From positions 62,001-126,000 of the IMG/VR virus record IMGVR_UViG_3300032116_014939: a stretch of DNA of 64,000 nucleotides, one strand, 5' to 3'. Positions 8,258-19,300 of the stretch are shown in pieces. Numbering within the stretch: the first letter of the stretch is position 1; the number at the start of each line of letters is the position of its first letter. The notes beneath the pieces are model-generated. The model was given only the letters and a program-made list of their open reading frames with translations. It was not told the DNA's origin and did no database searches. The position numbers and the translations under genes were made by a program.

Positions 8258-11200
8258 TTATATATAGTTAAAATTGTTTGCAGTTGTATAAACAAGTCCT
8301 AAAGTGAACGAACCACCCGCCGCTCCATCAACACCACTTGTTCCTGATGAACCTGAACCAGAACTTCCTGATGAACCACTTGAACCAGAACCTGATGTTC
8401 CTGATGAACCAGCAGTACCTGAAGAACCACTTGAACCAGAACCTGATGTCCCAGATGAACCCGCGGTACCTGAAGAACCACTTGAGCCAGAACCTGAAGT
8501 CCCCGATGAACCCGCAGTACCTGAAGAACCACTTGAACCAGAACCTGATGTTCCTGATGAACCAGCAGTACCTGAACTACCTGATGAACCCGAACTACCT
8601 GAAGTACCTGATGTTCCAGATGAACCGCTAGTACCACTACTTCCATTTGACCCTGAAGTTCCCGATGAACCTGAAGTACCTGATGACCCTGAAGTTCCCG
8701 ATGAACCACTAGTTCCTCTTGAACCCGTACTACCCGATGAACCAGAGCTTCCTGATGACCCACTTGAACCCGAACCAGATGTTCCTGAAGAACCTGAACC
8801 TGATGACCCACTTGAACCAGATGTTCCACTAATACCATCTAGACCACTTGTTCCTGAAGAACCTGAACCTGAACTTCCTGATGACCCAGCACTTCCTGAT
8901 GTTCCCGAAGAACCGCTAGTTCCTGATGAACCTGAACCAGAACTTCCCGATGACCCAGCGCTTCCTGATGTTCCTGAAGAACCACTTGTTCCACTACTTC
9001 CTGTGATACCCGACGAACCAGAACTACCTGATGAGCCAGCACTTCCTGATGTTCCTGAAGAACCACTTGTTCCACTTGAACCAGAACTACCCGATGACCC
9101 AGCGCTTCCTGAAGTTCCACTTGTACCGCTAGAACCTGAAGTTCCCGATGAACCACTGGTACCTCTTGACCCTGTACTTCCTGAAGAACCTGAACTTCCA
9201 CTTGAGCCTGATGAACCTGATGTTCCCGAAGAGCCGCTAGACCCACTTGAACCTGATGAACCTGACGAGCCACTCGAACCAGATGTTCCTGATGAACCGC
9301 TAGTCCCCGAAGAACCTGAACCTGAACTTCCTGATGACCCAGCACTTCCACTTGAGCCAGAGGTACCCGAAGAACCTGACGTTCCGCTACTACCTGTAAT
9401 ACCCGATGAACCAGAACTTCCTGATGAACCACTACTACCTGATGTTCCTGAACTACCACTAGTTCCACTACTTCCTGTAATACCTGAAGAACCTGAACTA
9501 CCACTACTTCCTGATGAACCACTAGTTCCACTACTTCCTGTAATACCTGAAGAACCACTACTTCCTGATGAACCACTAGTTCCTGATGAGCCAGACGTTC
9601 CCGAAGAACCAGTATTTCCACTAGAACCTGAAGAACCACTTGTACCCGATGAACCCGATGTTCCACTAGAACCCGATGAACCACTTGAACCAGTGCTACC
9701 TGAAGAACCGCTAGTTCCTGATGTACCTGATGAACCTGAAGTTCCTCTTGAACCTGTACTTCCTGAAGAACCAGAACTTCCGCTTGAACCTGATGACCCA
9801 CTTGAACCTGAAGTTCCTGATGAACCACTAGTTCCTGATGAGCCAGCACTTCCTGATGACCCTGAACTTCCTGAAGAACCTGAAGTCCCTGAACTACCAC
9901 TAGTTCCACTACTTCCTGTTAAGCCTGAAGACCCACTACTTCCTGAAGAACCACTTGTTCCTGATGAACCTGATGTACCAGAACTACCTGTATTACCTGA
10001 ACTCCCACTTGAACCTGAACTTCCTGAAGAGCCTGAAGTTCCAGAACTACCACTTGTACCCGAAGAACCTGTATTACCCGAACTTCCACTTGAACCAGCA
10101 CTACCTGATGAACCGCTAGTTCCAGAAGAACCTGATGTGCCAGAACTTCCAGTAATACCTGATGAACCTGAACTACCACTTGAACCTGAGCTCCCTGAAG
10201 TTCCAGAACTTCCACTAGTACCCGATGAACCTGTATTTCCACTTGAACCTGAACTACCCGCACTTCCACTTGAACCCGATGTTCCTGAACTTCCACTTGT
10301 TCCTGATGAACCTGTATTACCCGAACTTCCGCTACTTCCTGAAGAACCACTTGACCCTGAAGTACCCGAAGAACCAGATGTTCCTGAACTTCCACTTGAA
10401 CCAGAAGAACCGCTAGTCCCTGATGTACCTGAAGAACCACTTGTTCCTCTTGAGCCCGTACTACCTGATGACCCTGAGCTTCCACTTGAACCTGAGCTTC
10501 CTGAAGTTCCAGAAGAACCACTTGTTCCACTACTTCCAGTATTACCTGACGAACCTGACGACCCACTTGAGCCAGAAGAACCTGAAGTTCCAGAAGAACC
10601 ACTTGTTCCACTTGAGCCAGCACTTCCGCTAGACCCCGAACTACCTGAAGAGCCAGAAGAACCTGATGTTCCACTTGACCCAGAAGTTCCTGATGAACCA
10701 CTATTACCCGAAGAACCTGAGCTTCCACTTGAACCAGAAGAACCTGATGTTCCTGAAGAACCTCCAGTACCACTTGAGCCAGTACTTCCACTACTACCTG
10801 ATGAACCCGAACTTCCTGATGTACCTGAACTACCACTAGTCCCTGAAGAACCTGTATTTCCACTTGAACCCGAACTACCCGAAGAACCCGATGAACCTGT
10901 ACTACCTGAACTTCCACTTGAGCCTGAAGACCCTGATGTTCCACTACTACCCGATGTACCTGAGCTTCCACTAGACCCTGACGAACCACTTGAGCCAGAA
11001 GAACCTGATGTTCCAGAACTTCCACTAGTACCGGATGAGCCAGTGTTTCCGCTTGAACCTGAACTACCCGAGCTTCCTGAAGAACCACTTGTACCTACTG
11101 AACCTGAAGTACCAGCACTACCGCTAGAACCACTACTTCCACTTGAACCTGATGAACCTGAGCTTCCACTAGAACCAGAACTACCTGATGTACCAGAACT

Positions 11201-14200
11201 TCCGTTAGAACCTGATGTACCTGAACTTCCTGATGTTCCTGATGAACCACTAGTTCCTCTTGAACCCGTACTACCTGATGAACCTGAACTTCCAGTTGAC
11301 CCTGACGAACCACTTGAACCAGAACTACCAGATGTTCCTGACGAACCACTAGTACCCGATGAACCTGTATTTCCACTTGACCCTGAACTACCACTTGAAC
11401 CAGAAGAACCTGATGTACCAGAACTACCATTAGAACCTGAAGTTCCAGATGAACCTGATGAACCTGAACTACCGCTTGAGCCAGCACTTCCCGATGTTCC
11501 TGAACTACCGTTAGAACCTGATGTTCCACTTGAACCACTACTACCTGATGAACCTGTGCTACCACTTGAACCAGATGAACCACTTGTTCCAACACTTCCG
11601 CTAGACCCTGAACTACCCGAACTTCCTGATGAACCACTTGTACCTGATGACCCAGAAGTTCCTGACGAGCCAGATGAACCTGATGAACCAGCACTTCCCG
11701 AAGAGCCACTTGTCCCTACTGAACCCGATGTTCCGCTTGACCCTGTAATACCTGATGAACCCGAACTACCTGAAGACCCACTTGAACCTGATGTTCCTGA
11801 ACTTCCACTAACACCTGATGAGCCTGAACTTCCACTAGAACCTGATGACCCTGAAGTTCCTGTTGAGCCAGATGTTCCTGAACTACCACTAGAACCAGAT
11901 GACCCTGAGCTTCCTGATGACCCACTTGTTCCCACACTACCACTAGTTCCTGAAGAACCCGTACTACCACTTGAGCCAGAAGAACCTGAACTTCCTGAAG
12001 TACCTGTTGAGCCAGATGTTCCTGAACTACCACTCGTACCTCTTGAACCTGTACTACCTGAACTTCCGCTTGAACCTGATGAACCGCTACTACCTGATGA
12101 ACCACTTGTTCCAGAAGAACCTGATGTACCAGAACTTCCGCTTGAGCCAGATGAACCAGCACTACCACTTGAGCCAGATGTCCCTGATGAACCACTCGTT
12201 CCACTTGAGCCAGTATTACCTGACGAACCAGAACTACCCGAACTTCCGCTAGAACCACTTGTACCCGATGTTCCTGAAGAACCACTAACACCTGATGACC
12301 CCGAACTCCCACTACTTCCACTTGAGCCAGAGCTTCCTGATGTACCACTTGAACCTGATGTTCCTGAAGACCCTGTACTACCACTTGAACCAGAAGAACC
12401 TGAACTACCCGATGTTCCAGCACTACCACTACTACCACTTGAACCTGATGTTCCAGCAGACCCCGATGTACCAAAACCTGATGACCCCGAACTTCCTCCC
12501 GAACCTGAGCTTCCACTAGAACCTGAAGTTCCTGAACTACCGCTAGTACCTGAAGAACCTGATGTTCCACTAGAACCAGATGAACCACTACTACCTGAAG
12601 AGCCAGATGAACCAGCACTTCCAGATGTACCAGAAGACCCTGAACTACCGCTAGAGCCTGAGGTACCACTTGTACCTACTGAACCTGATGTACCAGAACT
12701 TCCAGATGTCCCTGAAGTACCTCTCGACCCTGTTGAGCCTGAACTACCTGAAGACCCTGAACTTCCAGATGAACCTGATGTTCCGCTACTACCTGAAGTA
12801 CCGGCAGAACCTGAACTTCCTGAACTACCATTAGAACCTGATGTTCCACTAGAACCTGCACTTCCCGAACTTCCACTTGAACCTGATGTTCCTGCAGAAC
12901 CCGATGCACCACCTGTTCTATAATAAGTTTTACCTGTATTATCTACAACAACAAATTTTGTTTGATTATCATCTTGAGTAATTTGAGCAATTGTTAATTC
13001 ATTTGTTGTTGTTGCCGATGCAGTTATTTGATTAACATTAAATAAATCATTCCCTCCTAATCCTAAATCACCTGTCATTTGTCTTCCACCATCAACTAAA
13101 AGATATTGTTGGTGGTCATCAGCAGTTAAACCTAACAAATTACCGTGTACCGATGTCGCGTTAACACCACTTGACTTAAAACCAATTACAGGTCTAATAT
13201 CCTCAATTTGAACAATACCTCCAAATCCTTGTTGGATATAAACAGACGCAATTGATACCACACCATCCGTAAAATAATCAGGAGGTAATGGTAATGGAGC
13301 CGCCTCAGCTTCAACAAGAGTCGCATATTCTTGTTGACCTAAAACTAAAAAGTATTCTTCATTAATACCTTCACCGACAACATATAATGTATGTTTAGTA
13401 TAATACGATGTGGTTAATGCTGATAATGAATTTTCATTTTTATTATATTGAAAATTATTTACAAACGTAGTTGCACTTCTTGTCCAATTTGTACCATTGT
13501 TCCAATATTGTGTAAAACTTATTGGTGTTCCACCTGTTGGTGTAAAATTATTTTCTGATAACCAATAACTACCAGATGTCACATCAAGAGTAAATGATGT
13601 TGAACCTGTTGTAACAATAGAACCTGTTGAATAAACTGGACCTAACGCTTGTCTGTTAAAGCTTGATAATAAATTTGCAGTATGTTGAGCGTTGTATGGC
13701 GCAGCATCAATCAATTCAATACCTGTCGCGTTTGTAACTACTCGACCCATAATAATATTATAGAATGGGTCAGGTAATCCTGAATTTGCAACTAACGTTC
13801 CGTTATTTGAAATATAAATGTAGTTATCAGTTTCAGCACTTAATGTTAACTGACCATCAACCCAATCATATCTTTTAATAATACTATTATCTGTTTGGTC
13901 AGCTAAATATCCAAATCCTGCAGATGTATTGATTGTTCTACCACTAACAATAGTAATTGTACCACCACTTAATAATCCCATTGGACTACCTTGAAAAATC
14001 AGTGTAGAAGCATCTGTATGTGTTCCATCTGCGAAAGTAACCGATAACTTTCTTGTTACGTCGTTCTCACCATCCGTATCATCCAAGAAGTTCCAATAAA
14101 AGTCCTCACTTGCTGTAATTATTTTTGAGTGGTCTGAAATACCCTGAAATCTACCTATTGTCGATGCGTTTTCAATTAAAAAGTCATTAGTAATTGAATC

Positions 14201-16168
14201 GTGAATCATGGTACCAACCATTCTAAAAGTAGGCCCACCACCTGTATTTGGTACGTAAACGGCAATATCCCATTCTTGAATATCCATACCTGTTCCTTCC
14301 AATACCGCAGAGTCTGATAACACAAATGCGGTTGAACCTGTTAGTAATGCACCTTCAAAAGTACACCCGTTGAACGATAAAAGTGTTCCAGAGCCAGTAC
14401 CGCTATTACCAATAACATCATCATATGTTGGGAACAAGAAATAGTTTTCCATATTACCCAACGCCTGAAACCCATTAGTTGCTTCAACTTTTAATCCGTA
14501 ACTAAACTCACCATTAACATCGACATATTCACCATAGAACTTGGTATCTTGTGTTGATGATTTTATCCATACACCAATATCTGAATCATATATTGAAATC
14601 TTATGAGCTTGTCCAAAATCACCGATATCATCACAGTGAATTGCCGCATATCCTGCACCAGCACCTGATAATGTTAAAAACGATACTTCGTTATTAATAC
14701 CTATATTAATAATATGTTGAGTAGAACCCGTTGGGACAATTTGTGTAGTTTGAATATTACTACCCTCAATACTCACATACGGTTTTCCAGTTAAATTAAT
14801 TTGTCCCTCAGAAAATAACCCAGGTCCAACTCTAACCAAAAAACGATTATTAATTGACGAACCTGTAATCCAATCAACTGCACTCTTAATAGATGTAAAG
14901 TCACCACCTTTTTTAGCGACCGTAATAACTCTTGGGTCTTGGTTAACTTCATATAACGGAGCGTCAATCGGTATTGTAGTTTTTAAGAATGTATCAGTAC
15001 CTTCAATTTTACCTGTTGCAGTTGGATGTTCAACTAATACGTCTTGAGTATTATTTTCAAAGTTAAGAGCCGAACCAAATATACTTGGAGCTGAGCCCGT
15101 GTTTGGAGCATATATCGCAGTTACCCATCGTTGGAAATTAACTGCCGTTAATCTTAACGAACCTCCGTTTTCAACCCAAAATCCTGTTCCTGCCGCAACC
15201 CCAACAGCCTTTGTTAATAAACATCCGTTAACAATAAACGTACAACCTGGTTGGTCTGCCTTTGCAAATATTAATCCTGATGTCGTACTAACACCTCCAT
15301 TAGTAGATGTAACGTTTCTAAGTTGCATCCTACCAATACCACTACCATCATTTGTAACATAGAAACCTATAGTAAATGGATATCCACCATACTTAACGTT
15401 AGAACACTGTATGATACAGTTTCCACCACCTGTTCCAACAACTTTTGCGTGAGTATAGTTTGTACCAAATCTTACGTTTTCAACATATGCAATTGCATTA
15501 GTTTGAGGAGTTGTCGATGATGAATAAACAATAGACGACGCACTTGTTCCTGATGAACCTTGAATTTGCATGTCCTGAACCATTGATTGGTCGGCCATGA
15601 TGAAAACACTATTATTAGGATTACTTGCTTGTAGGATAGTTGTTGTACTATCACCACCTCTAACCGTAATCCATGATTTCATTGTGATGGTATCTTCAAT
15701 ATATAAACCAGGATAAACTCTAACTTCCCAAGTACTATTTGGAGTTGCACCTGTTATACTATCTACCGCATCTTTAACGGAATTAAAGTCTGTTGAACTA
15801 CCACTTAATCCAACAGTTACATAATTTTCTATAATTGTATTAAAATTATAACTTAACGATGTCCAATTTGTACCATCACTAGTTATTTGAATTGAATCAT
15901 TCTGAATTAATGTAACCGTAGTACTCCCATCTATAGTTTCACTACCATTTGGGTCAACAGTTATTGTACCGGTACCATTATTTTTAATTACATATAATTT
16001 ACCCTGCACACCTACCGCAGTAGGTAAATTAATAGTAAAAGTACCACCAGAGACAGCGACCATATAGTCGTCATCAGTAATCGTATATGTACTACCAATT
16101 GTTACTTGTGGATATGTTATACCACCTAAGGATATTATACCCCTTCTCGCAACAAACTCATTTGCCAT
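8258..16168 (-). CDS. Giant fibre protein (2636 aa): N-terminal anchor, two pectin-lyase-like beta-helix regions, ~1,525-aa Gly-X-Ser/Thr repeat, very short C-terminus
   Basis: MANEFVARRG start and TFTINLPTAVG...IKNNG..TI.V...ETIDG fibre module. DFNSVKDAVD..VRVYPGLY.E and GDFTSIKSAVD..VRVGPGLF.E are typical beta-helix caps. Followed by (GSS/GTS)n. Confidence 0.75.
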   Translation of the reverse strand: MANEFVARRGIISLGGITYPQVTIGSTYTITDDDYMVAVSGGTFTINLPTAVGVQGKLYVIKNNGTGTITVDPNGSETIDGSTTVTLIQNDSIQITSDGTNWTSLSYNFNTIIENYVTVGLSGSSTDFNSVKDAVDSITGATPNSTWEVRVYPGLYIEDTITMKSWITVRGGDSTTTILQASNPNNSVFIMADQSMVQDMQIQGSSGTSASSIVYSSSTTPQTNAIAYVENVRFGTNYTHAKVVGTGGGNCIIQCSNVKYGGYPFTIGFYVTNDGSGIGRMQLRNVTSTNGGVSTTSGLIFAKADQPGCTFIVNGCLLTKAVGVAAGTGFWVENGGSLRLTAVNFQRWVTAIYAPNTGSAPSIFGSALNFENNTQDVLVEHPTATGKIEGTDTFLKTTIPIDAPLYEVNQDPRVITVAKKGGDFTSIKSAVDWITGSSINNRFLVRVGPGLFSEGQINLTGKPYVSIEGSNIQTTQIVPTGSTQHIINIGINNEVSFLTLSGAGAGYAAIHCDDIGDFGQAHKISIYDSDIGVWIKSSTQDTKFYGEYVDVNGEFSYGLKVEATNGFQALGNMENYFLFPTYDDVIGNSGTGSGTLLSFNGCTFEGALLTGSTAFVLSDSAVLEGTGMDIQEWDIAVYVPNTGGGPTFRMVGTMIHDSITNDFLIENASTIGRFQGISDHSKIITASEDFYWNFLDDTDGENDVTRKLSVTFADGTHTDASTLIFQGSPMGLLSGGTITIVSGRTINTSAGFGYLADQTDNSIIKRYDWVDGQLTLSAETDNYIYISNNGTLVANSGLPDPFYNIIMGRVVTNATGIELIDAAPYNAQHTANLLSSFNRQALGPVYSTGSIVTTGSTSFTLDVTSGSYWLSENNFTPTGGTPISFTQYWNNGTNWTRSATTFVNNFQYNKNENSLSALTTSYYTKHTLYVVGEGINEEYFLVLGQQEYATLVEAEAAPLPLPPDYFTDGVVSIASVYIQQGFGGIVQIEDIRPVIGFKSSGVNATSVHGNLLGLTADDHQQYLLVDGGRQMTGDLGLGGNDLFNVNQITASATTTNELTIAQITQDDNQTKFVVVDNTGKTYYRTGGASGSAGTSGSSGSSGSAGSSGTSGSNGSSGSSGSAGTSGSSGTSGSSGSSGSSGSSGSTGSRGTSGTSGSSGTSGSVGTSGTSGSSGSSGSSGTSGSAGSSGSSGSSGSSGSSGTSGSSGTSGSSGTSGSSGSSGSGGSSGSSGFGTSGSAGTSGSSGSSGSAGTSGSSGSSGSSGSTGSSGTSGSSGTSGSSGSSGSSGSSGSSGVSGSSGTSGTSGSSGSSGSSGSSGNTGSSGTSGSSGTSGSSGSAGSSGSSGSSGTSGSSGTSGSSGSSGSSGSSGSSGSTGSRGTSGSSGTSGSTGTSGSSGSSGSSGSTGSSGTSGSVGTSGSSGSSGSSGSSGSSGTSGSTGTSGSSGSSGSSGSSGVSGSSGTSGSSGSSGSSGSSGITGSSGTSGSVGTSGSSGSAGSSGSSGSSGTSGSSGTSGSSGSSGSSGSSGSVGTSGSSGSSGSTGSSGSSGSSGTSGSNGSSGTSGSAGSSGSSGSSGSSGTSGSNGSSGTSGSSGSSGSSGSSGNTGSSGTSGSSGTSGSSGSSGSSGSTGSSGSSGSTGSRGTSGSSGTSGSSGTSGSNGSSGTSGSSGSSGSSGSSGSSGSSGSSGSAGTSGSVGTSGSSGSSGSSGSSGNTGSSGTSGSSGTSGSSGSSGSSGSSGSSGTSGSSGTSGSSGSSGSSGSTGSSGSSGSSGSSGNTGSSGTSGSSGTSGSSGSSGSSGSTGSSGTGGSSGTSGSSGSSGSSGSSGNSGSSGTSGSSGTSGSSGSSGSSGSSGSAGSSGTSGSSGTSGSSGSSGSSGSSGNTGSSGTSGSSGTSGSSGSSGSSGSSGSTGSRGTSGSSGTSGTSGSSGSSGSSGTSGSSGTSGSSGSSGSSGSSGNTGSSGTSGSSGTSGSSGSAGSSGSSGNTGSSGTSGSSGTSGSSGSSGSSGSSGITGSSGTSGSSGTSGSSGSAGSSGSSGNTGSSGTSGSSGTSGSSGSSGSSGSSGNTGSSGTSGSSGTSGSSGSSGSSGLTGSSGTSGSSGTSGSSGSSGSSGSAGSSGTSGSSGTSGSSGSSGSSGSSGSSGSTGSRGTSGSSGTSGTSGSSGSTGSSGSSGSSGTSGSSGTSGSSGSSGNTGSSGTSGSSGTSGSSGSSGSSGITGSSGTSGSSGSSGSSGSSGITGSSGTSGSSGTSGSSGSSGSSGSSGITGSSGTSGSSGTSGSSGSAGSSGSSGSGSSGTSGSSGTSGSSGSSGSSGSSGSSGSSGTSGSSGSSGSSGSSGSTGSRGTSGSSGTSGSSGTSGTSGSAGSSGSSGSSGTSGSSGTSGSAGSSGSSGSSGITGSSGTSGSSGTSGSAGSSGSSGSGSSGTSGSSGTSGSAGSSGSSGSGSSGTSGLDGISGTSGSSGSSGSGSSGTSGSGSSGSSGSSGSSGSTGSRGTSGSSGTSGSSGTSGSSGTSGSNGSSGTSGSSGTSGTSGSSGSSGSSGTAGSSGTSGSGSSGSSGTAGSSGTSGSGSSGSSGTAGSSGTSGSGSSGSSGTAGSSGTSGSGSSGSSGSSGSGSSGTSGVDGAAGGSFTLGLVYTTANNFNYI
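8333..12910 (-). repeat. Coding 9-nt/3-aa periodic repeat (Gly-Ser-Ser, Gly-Thr-Ser...), about 500 triplets
   Basis: Directly visible; Gly at every third residue with degenerate synonymous codons. Confidence 0.95.
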
Positions 16169-16223
16169 TTATTCTTTCCTTTTTTCCCTATCCAAAAGAA
16201 AATTCTTCTATGTTTATTTGTTA

Positions 16224-16252
16224 ATAAATATACTTGAAAAGTATTCTGTCAA
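16224..16252 (-). promoter_or_regulatory. Putative promoter of the 2636-aa fibre gene: TTGACA-N16-TATTTAT
   Basis: Minus strand reads TTGACA (16252-16247), 16 nt, then TATTTAT (16230-16224), just downstream of a terminator. Confidence 0.45.
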
Positions 16253-16262
16253 TCCTAAAATG

Positions 16263-16296
16263 AAAAAACCATCACATTTATTATTATGTGATGGTT
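16263..16296 (-). terminator. Rho-independent terminator after 16319..22315
   Basis: Perfect 11-bp stem AACCATCACAT/ATGTGATGGTT (16267-16277/16286-16296), 8-nt loop, T-tract on the minus strand. Confidence 0.8.
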
Positions 16297-16318
16297 CATG
16301 TTTTTATATATTTTAATA

Positions 16319-19300
16319 TTAAATTGTAATTCTTGTTGATATACTAATGTTCCAACTACCTTTATTCACATCAGCCCAAAACTCAACATTACCACCTGAC
16401 ACCGTAACCCTTAACTCAATACCCAAAGTAGAGTCATTTAAGTCAGGAGTTGATATATCAACATAAGTAGCGTTAGATGTGTCCCAAATACTCATTACTT
16501 GGCCACCTCTTGTTGCAGTTGTGGTTGGATTATTAACCCAATAATCAAAAATTGCACTACGTCCTAATGATGTACTAAATGAACAAATACGTGTTGATGC
16601 GGTAATACTTGTACCACTACAAGAAGTTAAAGATTGTTTTCCATATTCAACAGTATCACCTGTAATACCTAAAGTTGTACCATCAAAAGTTAATTTACTT
16701 TGAGCAATCGCACTATTTGTAGAGGTACCTGAAGCAGTTAATATTCTGTAATCAGCAGGATTAGCAATTGTATTGAAACCTGTACCTGATGTACCAGCAC
16801 TACCGCTAGAACCCGAAGTTCCACTTGAGCCGGATGAACCTGAACTGCCAGAAGACCCTGATGTTCCTGAAGAACCACTTGTACCCGAACTTCCTGAGGT
16901 ACCACTTGAACCTGACGAACCACTTGACCCAGATGAGCCAGAACTTCCGCTAGAACCAGATGTACCCGAACTTCCTGAACTACCACTACTACCTGAAGAC
17001 CCTGATGTACCACTTGAACCAGAAGTTCCTGTAGAACCGCTAGACCCTGATGAACCTGATGTTCCTGAAGACCCACTACTTCCCGAAGTACCTGATGAAC
17101 CACTTGACCCACTTGACCCACTAGTACCAACCGACCCAGAAGAACCGCTTGTACCAACACTTCCTGAACTTCCACTACTACCTGATGAACCAGACGAACC
17201 TGAAGTTCCAGATGAACCACTAGTACCAACACTACCTGACGACCCAGAAGAACCCGAGCTCCCTGATGTCCCACTTGAGCCCGATATTCCTGAAGAACCG
17301 CTAGTACCTACACTACCGCTACTTCCACTTGAACCAGATGTTCCTGTAGAACCGCTAGACCCTGATGAACCACTACTACCCGATGAACCTGAAGAACCAC
17401 TTGTTCCTGATGTACCCGCACTTCCTGAAGAACCGCTACTACCTGAAGAACCAGAAGAACCACTAGTACCAGATGTACCTACGCTACCACTACTACCAGA
17501 AGAACCACTACTACCGCTAGACCCTGAACTACCTGATGTTCCACTTGAGCCAGATGTTCCAACACTTCCACTAGACCCTGAACTACCCGATGAGCCAGAA
17601 GACCCTGATGTTCCGGAACTTCCTGAAGAACCGCTACTACCACTAGTACCAGAACTTCCCGTAGAACCAGATGTTCCGCTACTACCTGATGAACCAGAAG
17701 TTCCAACACTACCACTAGAACCAGAACTTCCTGAACTCCCACTACTACCTGATGTTCCGCTTGACCCAGATGTTCCAACTGAACCTGATGAGCCAGAGCT
17801 TCCTGAACTGCCACTTGAACCAGAAGAACCTGATGTTCCACTACTTCCCGATGAACCACTACTACCGCTAGTTCCTACACTACCTGAAGAACCTGAACTT
17901 CCGCTTGTTCCCGAAGAACCAGTTAGACCTGAAGAGCCTGAACTTCCACTACTACCACTAGAACCACTTGTTCCTGAAGAGCCACTTGTACCTACACTAC
18001 CGCTACTTCCACTTGAACCAGAAGAACCTGATGTACCAGTTGACCCAGATGTTCCTGTACTACCCGAAGAACCGCTACTTCCACTTGAACCTGATGACCC
18101 TGAAGTTCCTGATGAACCAGTTAATCCCGAAGAGCCTGAACTTCCACTAGACCCACTTGAGCCAGAAGTTCCAACACTACCGCTACTTCCACTTGAGCCA
18201 GAAGTACCTACACTACCACTTGAACCAGAACTTCCTGAAGTACCTGTTGACCCAGATGACCCTGAAGTTCCTGATGAACCACTTGTACCAGCACTTCCCG
18301 AAGTTCCAACCGAACCCGATGAACCACTAGAGCCCGAAGAACCACTACTACCTGATGTGCCACTTGAACCTGAAGAACCTGTTGACCCTGAACTTCCACT
18401 ACTACCACTTGTTCCAGAAGAGCCAGTTAAACCTGAAGACCCAGAACTTCCACTACTACCCGAAGAACCTGAAGTTCCTACCGAACCACTACTACCTGAT
18501 GTTCCAGTACTCCCCGAACTTCCACTTGAGCCTGCACTACCTGATGAACCTGATGTTCCACTAGAACCCGATGAACCACTTGACCCAGTGCTACCTGAAG
18601 TACCACTAGACCCACTTGAGCCAGAAGTCCCAACACTACCGCTACTTCCAGATGAACCTGAACTTCCACTTGAACCAGAACTTCCTGAAGTACCTGTTGA
18701 CCCAGATGTTCCAGAACTTCCTGTAGAACCCGATGAACCTGAACTACCCGATGAGCCACTTGTACCAGCACTTCCTGAAGTCCCAACCGAACCCGATGAA
18801 CCACTTGAACCTGAAGAACCTGATGTTCCAACACTACCAGATGAACCAGAACTTCCTGAAGTACCAACAGAACCACTACTACCTGAGCTTCCACTTGTTC
18901 CCGAAGAACCAGTTAGACCTGAAGAGCCTGAACTTCCGCTACTTCCTGATGTTCCAGAACTTCCTGTAGAACCCGATGAACCTGAACTACCTGATGAACC
19001 ACTTGTACCAGAAGTTCCAACACTTCCACTTGAACCAGATGAACCGCTAGAACCTGATGTTCCTGAAGACCCTGTTAAACCCGAAGAACCACTTGACCCT
19101 GAAGTACCAACACTACCTGATGTACCTGAAGAACCAGAACTACCACTAGAACCTGAACTTCCTGATGAACCAGAAGAACCACTACTACCACTAGTTCCTA
19201 CACTACCAGATGAACCACTTGTACCACTAGAACCTGTACTTCCACTTGAGCCAGAACTTCCACTAGTACCTGTTGAGCCAGAACTTCCACTTGAACCAGA

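Noticed and set aside
8304-12923. 1539-aa plus-strand Pro/Glu/Leu-rich ORF (and the 1461-aa one at 16773..21158)
   Set aside because: Antisense shadows of the Gly-Ser-Ser repeat, whose reverse-complement codons lack stops. They coincide exactly with the repeats and oppose the uniform minus-strand gene orientation.
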